Below the pieces are notes generated by a model. The model was not told the DNA's origin, did not search any database, and worked only from the letters and a program-made list of their open reading frames with translations. The position numbers and the translations under genes are program-made. 64,000 nt of DNA from an uncultured Prevotella sp. (GTDB lineage Bacteria > Bacteroidota > Bacteroidia > Bacteroidales > Bacteroidaceae), in NCBI RefSeq assembly GCF_946407605.1, contig NZ_CAMJOS010000016.1, positions 20,800 to 84,799 on the forward strand, in the 5' to 3' direction. Below are positions 52,606-61,241 of this stretch, piece by piece; position 1 is the first letter of the stretch; every line of letters starts with the position of its first letter.

Positions 52606-55600
52606 ATGACAAAGTTCATTGAAAAAATACTGGTATGTCTGATTATGGCACTGTGGGCTCCGGCCCTCAGTGCCCAGACGCACTTCACTTTTGATTACCG
52701 CCAGTACCAATACGATATGACAGTCTACTTCGTGTTGAAAAACAATAGTCAGCTTGTTGAAAGTCCAGCTGATAAATACGAGGTGGGTGCTATCGTAAAC
52801 GATGAGTGTCGTGGCGTGGGTGAGTTTGTTGATACTCAAGACGCCAGCGGGCAGCCATTGAAGTACGGTTATCTGCGTGTTTACAGCAATGTGAAAGAAG
52901 GAGAATTTGTTATCTTCAAGTTATATGACAAGGCGACGGGAAAAGTGGCAGAGGTGACCGACGAGAGTTTCGCTTTCACACCTGATGCCGTTATCGGCAT
53001 GCCATCTACCCCTCGTGTCTTTAACGTTGACAAAGCTGTAATCTATTGTACTGTTGAAGTGAATTCGGCTAACCCCGAAATGGGAACAGTGAAAGGTGGC
53101 GGTGTATGTGTTGAGGGCGTTCCTGTGACGCTGACCGCAAAACCTGTTGAGGGTCACGTATTCGTCAAATGGTCTGACGGATCAACTGACAACCCCTATG
53201 TATATGTTCCAACGGGTAATGCAGAATTGACTGCTACGTTTGCTATTGGAAAGTACACCATGACATTCGTGAAGGATAATGGTCAGGAAAATGAGGTGTT
53301 GGCAGACCTTGAGTATAACACACCTCTGGCTGCGCCGGCAAACTTCCGAAAGAAGGGTTTTACTTTCTTAGGATGGGAACCTGAAGTGCCAGAGACGGTA
53401 CCAGGACAGGATATGATCTTCACGGCACAGTGGGAGCGTAACCACTATAAAGTGACGTGGGTGATTGAAGGTGAGAGCACCGAGGTGGACTATGCCTATG
53501 AGGATGTTCTCAACATCCCAGCAGTTCCTGCAAAGACTGGTTATAGTTTTGCCGGATGGTCGCCTGAAGTACCTGAGACCATGCCTGCTCAGGATGCTAC
53601 CTATACAGCTCAGTATGCAATCAATCAGTATGCGATGACGTTCGTCCTTGACAACGGTGAAGAAAATCTCGTTATCAAGCAGGACTATAACTCTGTATTG
53701 ACGGCTCCTGCCGACCCGGAGAAGGAAGGCTTCACGTTTGCTGGATGGGATATGGAGATTCCAGAAAATATCCCTGCTACAAACATGACGTTTACTGCCC
53801 AGTGGGAACGCAATAGCTATACCGTGACGTGGGTTGTTGACGGACAAAGCAAGAGCTCAACTCTGCTGTATGATACACCTATTGCCCAGCCGGCAGATCC
53901 TGAAAAGGAAGGTTATACCTTCAAGGGCTGGACACCTGTCGTGCCAGAGCGTATGCCAGCAGAGGATGTGATCTACACGGCCATGTTTGGTGTCAATACT
54001 TATGCCATTGTATATGTAATTAATGGTAAAGAAGAACATCGCGACTCGCTGAACTATGGACAGCTCATCAGTCTTTGGAATTATGTTCCTCAGAATGATG
54101 ACATCTTCAATGGTTGGAAGTGTGATCAGGCTGAGTTGTATACCACAGTACCTGCGCACGACGTTTACTTCTGGGACGAATTGACACCTGTTTACACTAT
54201 CACAGTGTCTTCGGCCGATGAAGAGAAGGGTACTGTGATTGGTGGCGGTAAGTATGCCAAAGGTACATTTGTTACGCTGACAGCAAAGCCCAATGAGGGA
54301 TATCAGTTCGTTAGCTGGTCTAACGAAACTGCAGTGAATCCTTATGTCTTTGCTCCTACTCAAGACTCGACATTGACGGCTACTTTCGCACCGAAGTCCT
54401 ATAACATGACATTCGTGCTGGATAATGGTTCGAATGATGTCGTCATACCACAGCTCTATAACACAGCGTTGACGGAACCTGATGACGTGAAGAAGGAAGG
54501 CTTTACCTTCAAAGGTTGGAATCCTGCTTTGCCAGAAAAGGTTCCTGCTACTGACATGACATTCACCGCCATTTGGGAGCGCAACAACTACAAGTTGACT
54601 TGGGTCGTTGACGGCGTTAGCACCGAGTCGACTGTGGCATACGATTCTTATATCACCCTGCCGGAAGACCCCGCGAAGGAAGGCTTTACTTTCACAGGAT
54701 GGGATCCTACCGTTCCTGAGAAGATGCCAGCTGCAGACCAGACGTTCACTGCTAAATGGCAGCGTAACACCTACAAAGTGACGTGGATTGTTGATGGTGA
54801 GGCCACTGTAGTTGAGTATGACTATGAGGCTGATATTAACAAACCGACAGATCCAGAGAAGGAAGGCTTTACTTTCACAGGCTGGAGTCCTGAGGTGCCT
54901 GAGAAGACTCCCGCATCTGACCTGACATTTACCGCTCAGTGGCAGCGTAACAGCTACAAGCTGACGTGGGTGGTCGATACGGTGAGCACCGAGTCTGTGG
55001 TTCCGTTCGAATCCTTTATCATTAAGCCTGCTGATCCTGAGAAGGAAGGATTCACATTCACTGGATGGGATCCTGCCGTTCCAGAGCAGATGCCAGCATC
55101 AGACCAGACGTTTACTGCTCAGTGGTCACGTAACCATTATAAGGTGACGTGGATTATTGAGGGCGTGAGCACCGAGGTTGATTATGCTTATGAAGACAGC
55201 ATCAAGAAGCCTGCTGATCCTGTAAAGGTTGGCTATACCTTCCTGGGTTGGTCACCTGAGGTGGCAGAGACGATGCCGGCACAGGATTTGAGATATACTG
55301 CACGTTTCGCTATCAACTCGTATGCGATGACCTTCGTACTCGGTAATGGTGAGGAGGATGTGGTTATCACTCAGGAGTATATGACACCGCTGACAGCTCC
55401 AGAGAATCCTACAAAGACTGGATGCACCTTCTTGGGCTGGAATCCTGAAGTGCCTGACAGCATTCCTGCATCTGACATGACATTCACTGCCCAATGGCAG
55501 CCCAATACCTATAAGGTGACATGGATTGTTGAAGGTCAGTCAACGGTGAAGGAAGTGGTCTATGGAACTCCTATAGAGAAACCGACAGACCCGACGAAGG

Positions 55601-56586
55601 AAGGTTATACTTTTACCGGTTGGACACCAGAGATACCTGATTCCATGCCTGCTAACGACCTGACATTCACAGCTCAGTTCTCGATTAACCAGTACAAGAT
55701 GACGTTTGTCTTCGACAATGGTGCTGAGGATGTCGTGAAGACTCAGGATTATGGTACTGATTTGACGGCTCCTGCCGACCCGGAGAAGGTTGGCTTCACG
55801 TTCAAGGGTTGGAATCCTGCTGTACCTGCAACGGTACCTGCATCTGATATGACGTTCACTGCTCAGTGGGAACGTAATATCTATAAGGTGACATGGATTG
55901 TCGAAGGTCAGTCAACGGTGAAGGATGTTGCTTACGGTGCTCCCATCGAGAAACCGACAGATCCGACAAAGGAAGGTTATACCTTTATTGGTTGGACTCC
56001 AGAGGTGCCTGTGACGATGCCTGCTAACGACCTGACATTCACAGCTCAGTTCTCGATTAACCAGTACAAGATGACGTTTGTCTTCGACAATGGTGCTGAG
56101 GATGTCGTGAAGACTCAGGATTATGGTACTGATTTGACGGCTCCTGCCGCCCCGGAGAAGGTAGGCTTCACGTTCAAAGGCTGGGATCCAGCTGTTCCTG
56201 CCACAGTTCCTGCAAAGGATATGACATTCACCGCCCAGTGGGATCGTAATGTCTATGCTGTTATCTATATGGTACATGGCAAGGAATGGCAGCGTGATAG
56301 CTTGGCATACGAGGCTCCCATCCAGCTGCGTACTTATAGTGAGGACGGCTGGACCTTCAATGGCTGGGTAAGCGATGCTACCTATGTAACTATGCCTGCT
56401 CATGATGTGGTTTACACTGCAGATATTACGTCTGGCATTGCCACCATCCTTGCTGGCAAGTCGGAAGTGGATGTTTACACGCTTCAGGGCCGTCTGGTAG
56501 CTCGCAGAATGCCTGTGGCTCAGATTCGCAAGACCTTGCCTCGTGGTGTCTATATCATTGAAGGAACGAAGGTGGTCATCAGATGA
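52606..56586 (+). CDS. Giant secreted protein 4 (1326 aa) with 16 Listeria-Bacteroides (InlB B-type) repeats and a short T9SS-like CTD
   Basis: Signal peptide (PALSA|QT). ECRGVG domain at aa 26-142. Two divergent B-repeats at aa 146-214 and 530-595. Sixteen 61-63-aa repeats of the form Y.(V/M)T(W/F)V...G(F/Y)TF.GW.P..P..MP..D..FTA.W. The C-terminus reads VDVYTLQGRLVARR...GVYIIEGTKVVIR. Confidence 0.88.
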   Translation: MTKFIEKILVCLIMALWAPALSAQTHFTFDYRQYQYDMTVYFVLKNNSQLVESPADKYEVGAIVNDECRGVGEFVDTQDASGQPLKYGYLRVYSNVKEGEFVIFKLYDKATGKVAEVTDESFAFTPDAVIGMPSTPRVFNVDKAVIYCTVEVNSANPEMGTVKGGGVCVEGVPVTLTAKPVEGHVFVKWSDGSTDNPYVYVPTGNAELTATFAIGKYTMTFVKDNGQENEVLADLEYNTPLAAPANFRKKGFTFLGWEPEVPETVPGQDMIFTAQWERNHYKVTWVIEGESTEVDYAYEDVLNIPAVPAKTGYSFAGWSPEVPETMPAQDATYTAQYAINQYAMTFVLDNGEENLVIKQDYNSVLTAPADPEKEGFTFAGWDMEIPENIPATNMTFTAQWERNSYTVTWVVDGQSKSSTLLYDTPIAQPADPEKEGYTFKGWTPVVPERMPAEDVIYTAMFGVNTYAIVYVINGKEEHRDSLNYGQLISLWNYVPQNDDIFNGWKCDQAELYTTVPAHDVYFWDELTPVYTITVSSADEEKGTVIGGGKYAKGTFVTLTAKPNEGYQFVSWSNETAVNPYVFAPTQDSTLTATFAPKSYNMTFVLDNGSNDVVIPQLYNTALTEPDDVKKEGFTFKGWNPALPEKVPATDMTFTAIWERNNYKLTWVVDGVSTESTVAYDSYITLPEDPAKEGFTFTGWDPTVPEKMPAADQTFTAKWQRNTYKVTWIVDGEATVVEYDYEADINKPTDPEKEGFTFTGWSPEVPEKTPASDLTFTAQWQRNSYKLTWVVDTVSTESVVPFESFIIKPADPEKEGFTFTGWDPAVPEQMPASDQTFTAQWSRNHYKVTWIIEGVSTEVDYAYEDSIKKPADPVKVGYTFLGWSPEVAETMPAQDLRYTARFAINSYAMTFVLGNGEEDVVITQEYMTPLTAPENPTKTGCTFLGWNPEVPDSIPASDMTFTAQWQPNTYKVTWIVEGQSTVKEVVYGTPIEKPTDPTKEGYTFTGWTPEIPDSMPANDLTFTAQFSINQYKMTFVFDNGAEDVVKTQDYGTDLTAPADPEKVGFTFKGWNPAVPATVPASDMTFTAQWERNIYKVTWIVEGQSTVKDVAYGAPIEKPTDPTKEGYTFIGWTPEVPVTMPANDLTFTAQFSINQYKMTFVFDNGAEDVVKTQDYGTDLTAPAAPEKVGFTFKGWDPAVPATVPAKDMTFTAQWDRNVYAVIYMVHGKEWQRDSLAYEAPIQLRTYSEDGWTFNGWVSDATYVTMPAHDVVYTADITSGIATILAGKSEVDVYTLQGRLVARRMPVAQIRKTLPRGVYIIEGTKVVIR
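53254..56430 (+). repeat. Coding array of 16 Listeria-Bacteroides repeats (183-189 nt each), interrupted by one divergent B-repeat at 54193-54390
   Basis: Repeat boundaries were counted by hand from the translation. The first unit starts at Tyr217 (TAC at 53254). Confidence 0.85.
55510..56253 (+). repeat. Two tandem 372-bp copies (55510-55881 and 55882-56253), each spanning two protein repeats
   Basis: A hand alignment gives about 40 mismatches in 372 nt, all outside a 133-nt perfectly identical core (55645-55777 = 56017-56149). Confidence 0.9.
56434..56583 (+). other. Short T9SS-like C-terminal domain of protein 4
   Basis: SEVDVYTLQGRLVARRMPVAQIRKTLPRGVYIIEGTKVVIR resembles the last strands of type-A CTDs. 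Confidence 0.55.
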
Positions 56587-56634
56587 TTAAAGGTTCATGT
56601 AGACCATAAGGTCAGTCTACTGAATAAAGTGTTC

Positions 56635-56668
56635 AGACGGATGCAGAATATTTTTCCTGCATCCGTCT
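56635..56668 (+). terminator. Rho-independent terminator ending the giant-protein operon
   Basis: AGACGGATGCAG-(10 nt)-CTGCATCCGTCT perfect 12-bp stem followed by TGTTTGTTT, 49 nt after the protein 4 stop. Confidence 0.8.
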
Positions 56669-56690
56669 TGTTTGTTTAAGGAAAAATGAT

Positions 56691-56698
56691 TAACTTTG
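56691..56698 (+). promoter_or_regulatory. -7 box TAacTTTG for dnaE
   Basis: Consensus match 49 nt upstream of the ATG at 56748. Confidence 0.5.
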
Positions 56699-56747
56699 CA
56701 GAAAAATTATTCGTAAGAGAAAAAGAATAGCAATCTGCGAGAGAGGA

Positions 56748-59700
56748 ATGGAAGATTTCATACATTTACACGTACATACATATTATTCTATACTTGATGG
56801 ACAGTCAAAGATTAAGAATCTAGTAGACAAGGCCATCAAGGACGGCATGCGCGGCATGGCCATTACCGACCATGGCGACATGTTCGGCATCAAAGAGTTT
56901 CATGACATCGTGAATGGTGTCAACAAAGACCGGAAGAAAGAGGGTCTGGAACCCTTTAAGCCGATTTTTGGCTGCGAGATGTATGTGTCGCGAAATGGTT
57001 CTAAGACGTTGCGACGAGGCAAGGAGGACCAAAGCGGCTATCACCTCATTGTGCTGGCAAAGAACTATCAGGGTTATAAGAACCTGATTAAGTTAGTGTC
57101 GAACTCATGGGTCGATGGCTATTATATGCGTCCCCGTACCGACCGTGAAGACTTGGAGAAATATCATGAAGGACTGATTGTTTGCTCTGCCTGTATTGCT
57201 GGTGAGGTGCCTAAGAAGATCCTGGATGGTAATATGGCTGGGGCTCGTGAGGCTATAGAATGGTATCATCGTGTGTTTGGTGATGACTACTATCTGGAAC
57301 TGCAGCGCCATGAGGTGAAGGACCCGTCAGTTCGTGCCAATCGTGAGACGTTTCCTCTGCAGCAGCAGGCCAATAGGGTGCTCATAGAATTGGCACGTGA
57401 GTATGGAATCAAGCTCGTTTGTACCAATGACGTGCATTTCGTGGATAAAGAAAATGCCGAGGCTCATGATCATTTGCTTTGTCTTTCAACGGGTAAGGAC
57501 CTGGATGATCCTACTCGTATGCTCTACTCTAAGCAGGAGTGGTTTAAGACTCAGGCAGAGATGAATGAGATATTCAGTGATGTTCCTGAGGCTTTGTCGA
57601 ACACGTTGGAGATTCTTGATAAGGTAGAGATCTACAGCTTGGACCATGACCCCATCATGCCGTTCTTCCCCATTCCGGAGTCGTTTGGTACGGAAGACGA
57701 GTGGCGGAAGAAGTTCACGGAGGATGACCTGTATAAGGAGTTTACCAGTGATGAGAATGGCGAGAACCAGTTGGCACCAGAGGAAGGGGAGAAGAAGATT
57801 AAGAAGCTGGGTGGCTACGATAAGATTTACCGCATCAAGTTCGAGGCTGATTATCTGGCTAAACTGGCGTATGAAGGCGCTTATCGCCGTTATGGCGAGC
57901 CATTGCCGCAGGATGTGGAGGACCGTATCCGGTTTGAACTACACATCATGAAGACGATGGGCTTCCCGGGTTACTTCCTCATCGTGCAGGACTTTATCAA
58001 CTCGGCACGTGATGAACTGGATGTCATGGTGGGGCCAGGACGTGGCTCCGCAGCTGGTAGTGTGGTGGCCTATTGTCTGGGAATTACGAAGATTGACCCG
58101 CTGAAGTATGATTTGCTGTTTGAGCGTTTCCTGAATCCCGACCGTATATCGTTGCCTGATATCGATACTGACTTCGATGATGACGGACGTGGTAAGGTGC
58201 TGAAATGGGTAGAAGATAAATATGGACATGAGAACTGTGCCCATATCATTACTTATGCTTCTATGGCCACGAAGAACTCTATTAAGGATGTGGCCCGTGT
58301 AGAGAAGGTGCCATTGGCTATCAGCAACGCCTTATGTAAAGCCATCCCCGACCGTCTGCCAGATGTTGACGGTAAGACGCCGAAGATGAATCTGGCCAAT
58401 GCCATCAAGGCAGTGCCGGAATTGCGTGAGGCAGAGGCTTCTCCTGATCCTGCCCTGGCTAATACCATCAAATATGCTAAGATGCTTGAAGGTACCGTTC
58501 GTGGTACTGGCATTCATGCCTGTGGCTTTATCATCTGTCGTGATCCTATCAGTGACTGGGTTCCTGTGTCAACTGCCGATGACCCTGACTTTAAGGATAC
58601 AAAGACCAACTGCACTCAGTATGACGGACATGTCATTGAGTCGACGGGACTGATTAAGATGGACTTCCTGGGATTGAAGACACTTTCGGAGTTGAAGGAG
58701 GCCTGTGCAAATATCAAACAGACGTTGGGTATAGATGTAGACCTTGACACCATACCTATTGATGATCCCAAGACTTATGAGCTCTATCAACAGGGACGTA
58801 CCGTCGGAACCTTCCAGTTTGAGTCGGCAGGTATGCAGAAATATCTGCGAGAACTGAAACCTACCGTCTTCGAGGATCTCATCGCCATGAACGCCTTGTA
58901 TCGTCCAGGCCCCATGAGTTATATTCCGCAGTTCATTCGCCGTAAGCATGGTGAGGAGCCTATTACCTATGATATCCCCATCATGGAGAAATATCTAAAG
59001 GATACTTATGGCATTACGGTTTATCAAGAGCAGGTGATGCTCCTGTCGCGTCTGTTGGCTGATTTCACCCGAGGTGAGAGCGATGCCCTGCGTAAGGCCA
59101 TGGGTAAGAAGAAAAAGGATATCGTAGATGCGATGAAGCCGAAGTTCATTGAGGGCGGTAAGAAGAACGGACATGACCCGAAGGTGTTGGAGAAAATATG
59201 GGCCGACTGGGAAGCATTTGCATCTTATGCGTTTAATAAGTCGCATGCTGCCTGCTATTCATGGGTGGCTTACCAAACGGCTTATATGAAGGCAAACTAT
59301 CCTGCCGAGTTCATGGCAGCCATCATGAGTCGTCGACGTGACCAGATAACGGAAATTACCAAGCTGATGGACGAATGTAAGGCAATGGGTATTGCCACGC
59401 TTGGTCCTGATGTGAATGAGTCGTACCAGAAGTTTGGTGTGAACAAGAAAGGTGAGATACGTTTTGGCTTGGCGGCAATTAAGGGTTTGGGCGACAGTGC
59501 TGCTCAGGCAATTATTGATGAGCGCGAGAAGAACGGTCCCTATAAGGATATCTATGACTTTGCACAGCGTGTGCCATTCTCCAGCGTCAACCGTAAGGCT
59601 TATGAGTCGTTGGCACTCAGCGGCGGCTTCGATAGCTTTGGCATACGCCGTGAGGCTTTCTTTGCCGAGAACAATAAAGGTGAGGCTTTCCTCGATACGT

Positions 59701-60473
59701 TGGTGCGCTATGGCCAGACTTATCAATTGGAAAAACAGCAGGCTGTCAACTCGTTATTTGGTGGCTTCGACGATGTGGAGATTGCTACGCCGCCAGTGCC
59801 TAAGACAGATGTGCGTTGGAGTGATATAGAACGTCTGAACAAGGAGCGTGACCTGGTGGGTATTTATCTGTCAGCCCATCCGCTTGATGAGTTCCGTATC
59901 ATTCTTGATAATCTTTGTAATGCTCGTTGTGAAGAATTGGCTGATAGAGGGGCTGCATTGAAGGACCGTGAAGACATTACGTTGGGAGGTATTGTTACTG
60001 CTGTTCAAACTAAGACAGGCAGAGACAATAAACCTTGGGGGTTGGTAACCCTTGAGGATTTTAACGGGTCGGGTGAACTCGCTCTCTTTGGTGATGACTG
60101 GTTCAACCTCAACGGAAAGTTCTTTGTAGGAGCCGCAGTTTATATCACAGGTAAGATGAAGTCACGTTTCTATAATTCCGACGTTAAAGAACTGAAGGTC
60201 GTCAATGTGGAATTGTTGCAGTCGGTTAAGGAGAAGGCAATTGATCATATCACCATCACGGTAATTACCGATCAAATAGATGACAAGGTGGTCGAAGAAC
60301 TGGATGAGATTATTGCGGAGCATCCTGGAAAGACACAATTGTTCTTCCGGTTGCATGACTCTTTGGGTAAGCATCATGTACTGTTGCATTCGAAAACTAA
60401 AATGGTTGACGTGAAGCACCAGCTCATCGATTTTATTGACTCGAAACCCGCATTGGACTATAAGATTAATTAG
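56748..60473 (+). CDS. dnaE: DNA polymerase III subunit alpha
   Basis: PHP-domain N-terminus (FIHLHVHTYYSILDG), polymerase core, OB-fold, 1241 aa. Confidence 0.97.
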   Translation: MEDFIHLHVHTYYSILDGQSKIKNLVDKAIKDGMRGMAITDHGDMFGIKEFHDIVNGVNKDRKKEGLEPFKPIFGCEMYVSRNGSKTLRRGKEDQSGYHLIVLAKNYQGYKNLIKLVSNSWVDGYYMRPRTDREDLEKYHEGLIVCSACIAGEVPKKILDGNMAGAREAIEWYHRVFGDDYYLELQRHEVKDPSVRANRETFPLQQQANRVLIELAREYGIKLVCTNDVHFVDKENAEAHDHLLCLSTGKDLDDPTRMLYSKQEWFKTQAEMNEIFSDVPEALSNTLEILDKVEIYSLDHDPIMPFFPIPESFGTEDEWRKKFTEDDLYKEFTSDENGENQLAPEEGEKKIKKLGGYDKIYRIKFEADYLAKLAYEGAYRRYGEPLPQDVEDRIRFELHIMKTMGFPGYFLIVQDFINSARDELDVMVGPGRGSAAGSVVAYCLGITKIDPLKYDLLFERFLNPDRISLPDIDTDFDDDGRGKVLKWVEDKYGHENCAHIITYASMATKNSIKDVARVEKVPLAISNALCKAIPDRLPDVDGKTPKMNLANAIKAVPELREAEASPDPALANTIKYAKMLEGTVRGTGIHACGFIICRDPISDWVPVSTADDPDFKDTKTNCTQYDGHVIESTGLIKMDFLGLKTLSELKEACANIKQTLGIDVDLDTIPIDDPKTYELYQQGRTVGTFQFESAGMQKYLRELKPTVFEDLIAMNALYRPGPMSYIPQFIRRKHGEEPITYDIPIMEKYLKDTYGITVYQEQVMLLSRLLADFTRGESDALRKAMGKKKKDIVDAMKPKFIEGGKKNGHDPKVLEKIWADWEAFASYAFNKSHAACYSWVAYQTAYMKANYPAEFMAAIMSRRRDQITEITKLMDECKAMGIATLGPDVNESYQKFGVNKKGEIRFGLAAIKGLGDSAAQAIIDEREKNGPYKDIYDFAQRVPFSSVNRKAYESLALSGGFDSFGIRREAFFAENNKGEAFLDTLVRYGQTYQLEKQQAVNSLFGGFDDVEIATPPVPKTDVRWSDIERLNKERDLVGIYLSAHPLDEFRIILDNLCNARCEELADRGAALKDREDITLGGIVTAVQTKTGRDNKPWGLVTLEDFNGSGELALFGDDWFNLNGKFFVGAAVYITGKMKSRFYNSDVKELKVVNVELLQSVKEKAIDHITITVITDQIDDKVVEELDEIIAEHPGKTQLFFRLHDSLGKHHVLLHSKTKMVDVKHQLIDFIDSKPALDYKIN

Positions 60474-60548
60474 CTGCCCATCTTGGCATGGCATTTGCTG
60501 TTAGTGTATTGAGAGAATCATTTATGTATCATTTAAATTAATAGAGTT

Positions 60549-60863
60549 ATGGAAGTACAGATCACAAACGAGAACTTTGAGGCCCTGAAAAATGGAGAAC
60601 TGCCTTTGGTGTTGGATTTCTGGGCTACATGGTGTGGTCCTTGCCGCATGGTGTCACCCATCCTGTCTGAACTGGCAGAGAAATACGATGGAAAGATCAT
60701 CGTAGGAAAGTGCGATGTAGAGGAAAATGAGGAACTGGCTGCCGAGTTCGGTATTCGTAATATTCCTACTATCCTGTTCTTTAAAGGTGGAGCGCAGGTC
60801 GACAAACTGGTCGGCGCTCAGTCGAAGGCAAAATTCGAAGAGAAAATAGAAGCATTACTCTAA
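60549..60863 (+). CDS. trxA: Thioredoxin
   Basis: WATWCGPCRM active site, 104 aa. Confidence 0.95.
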   Translation: MEVQITNENFEALKNGELPLVLDFWATWCGPCRMVSPILSELAEKYDGKIIVGKCDVEENEELAAEFGIRNIPTILFFKGGAQVDKLVGAQSKAKFEEKIEALL

Positions 60864-60864
60864 G

Positions 60865-61185
60865 ATGGCAAGTATTGACGAGGAGTTGCTGCAGGATATG
60901 GAGGAAACCCGCCGCGAGATAGCCTTTATCCGTGAGCAGTTGCCTACTGACCTGAAGGAACTGTATAGCGATGCCCAGCTGGAATGGATTATAGACACCA
61001 TTGCCACCTATTTCTATGAGAGTGGTATTTTGGAGTCTAATGATGACGAGGTAGATGTGGATATCGATGAGGTGTCAGACTATCTGTGTCGTCAGGCTGT
61101 GGCTGAAGGTATGCCGAAATTGCAAGCTGATGAGGTACGCTTCGTCGTAGAGGCTGACCTTGATTTTCAGGAAGCGAATATCTGA
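60865..61185 (+). CDS. Small acidic hypothetical protein
   Basis: 106-aa ORF starting 1 nt after the trxA stop. It is highly acidic (DDEVDVDIDEVSD) and I recognise no family. Confidence 0.55.
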   Translation: MASIDEELLQDMEETRREIAFIREQLPTDLKELYSDAQLEWIIDTIATYFYESGILESNDDEVDVDIDEVSDYLCRQAVAEGMPKLQADEVRFVVEADLDFQEANI

Positions 61186-61201
61186 CTTGTTATCAGAAAG
61201 A

Positions 61202-61238
61202 AAGAGATGGGAGACTTTTTTGAGGTCTCCCATCTCTT
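61202..61238. terminator. Bidirectional terminator between convergent genes
   Basis: AAGAGATGGGAGAC-(9 nt)-GTCTCCCATCTCTT perfect 14-bp stem, flanked by an A-rich side and a T-rich side. Confidence 0.8.
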
Positions 61239-61241
61239 GTT

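Noticed and set aside
53254-56430. The regular ~186-bp periodicity could be mistaken for a CRISPR-like or satellite array.
   Set aside because: The repeats are in frame inside one long ORF, are far longer than CRISPR repeats, have no unique spacers between them, and translate to Listeria-Bacteroides protein repeats. No cas genes are present.
35923-56586. The giant operon as a horizontally acquired island, judged on base composition.
   Set aside because: Hand counts of a few 60-nt lines range from about 38 to 60 percent GC in the operon and from about 40 to 63 percent in flanking core genes such as dnaE. I cannot demonstrate a compositional break without a proper sliding-window calculation. 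Only the upstream leader is clearly AT-rich.
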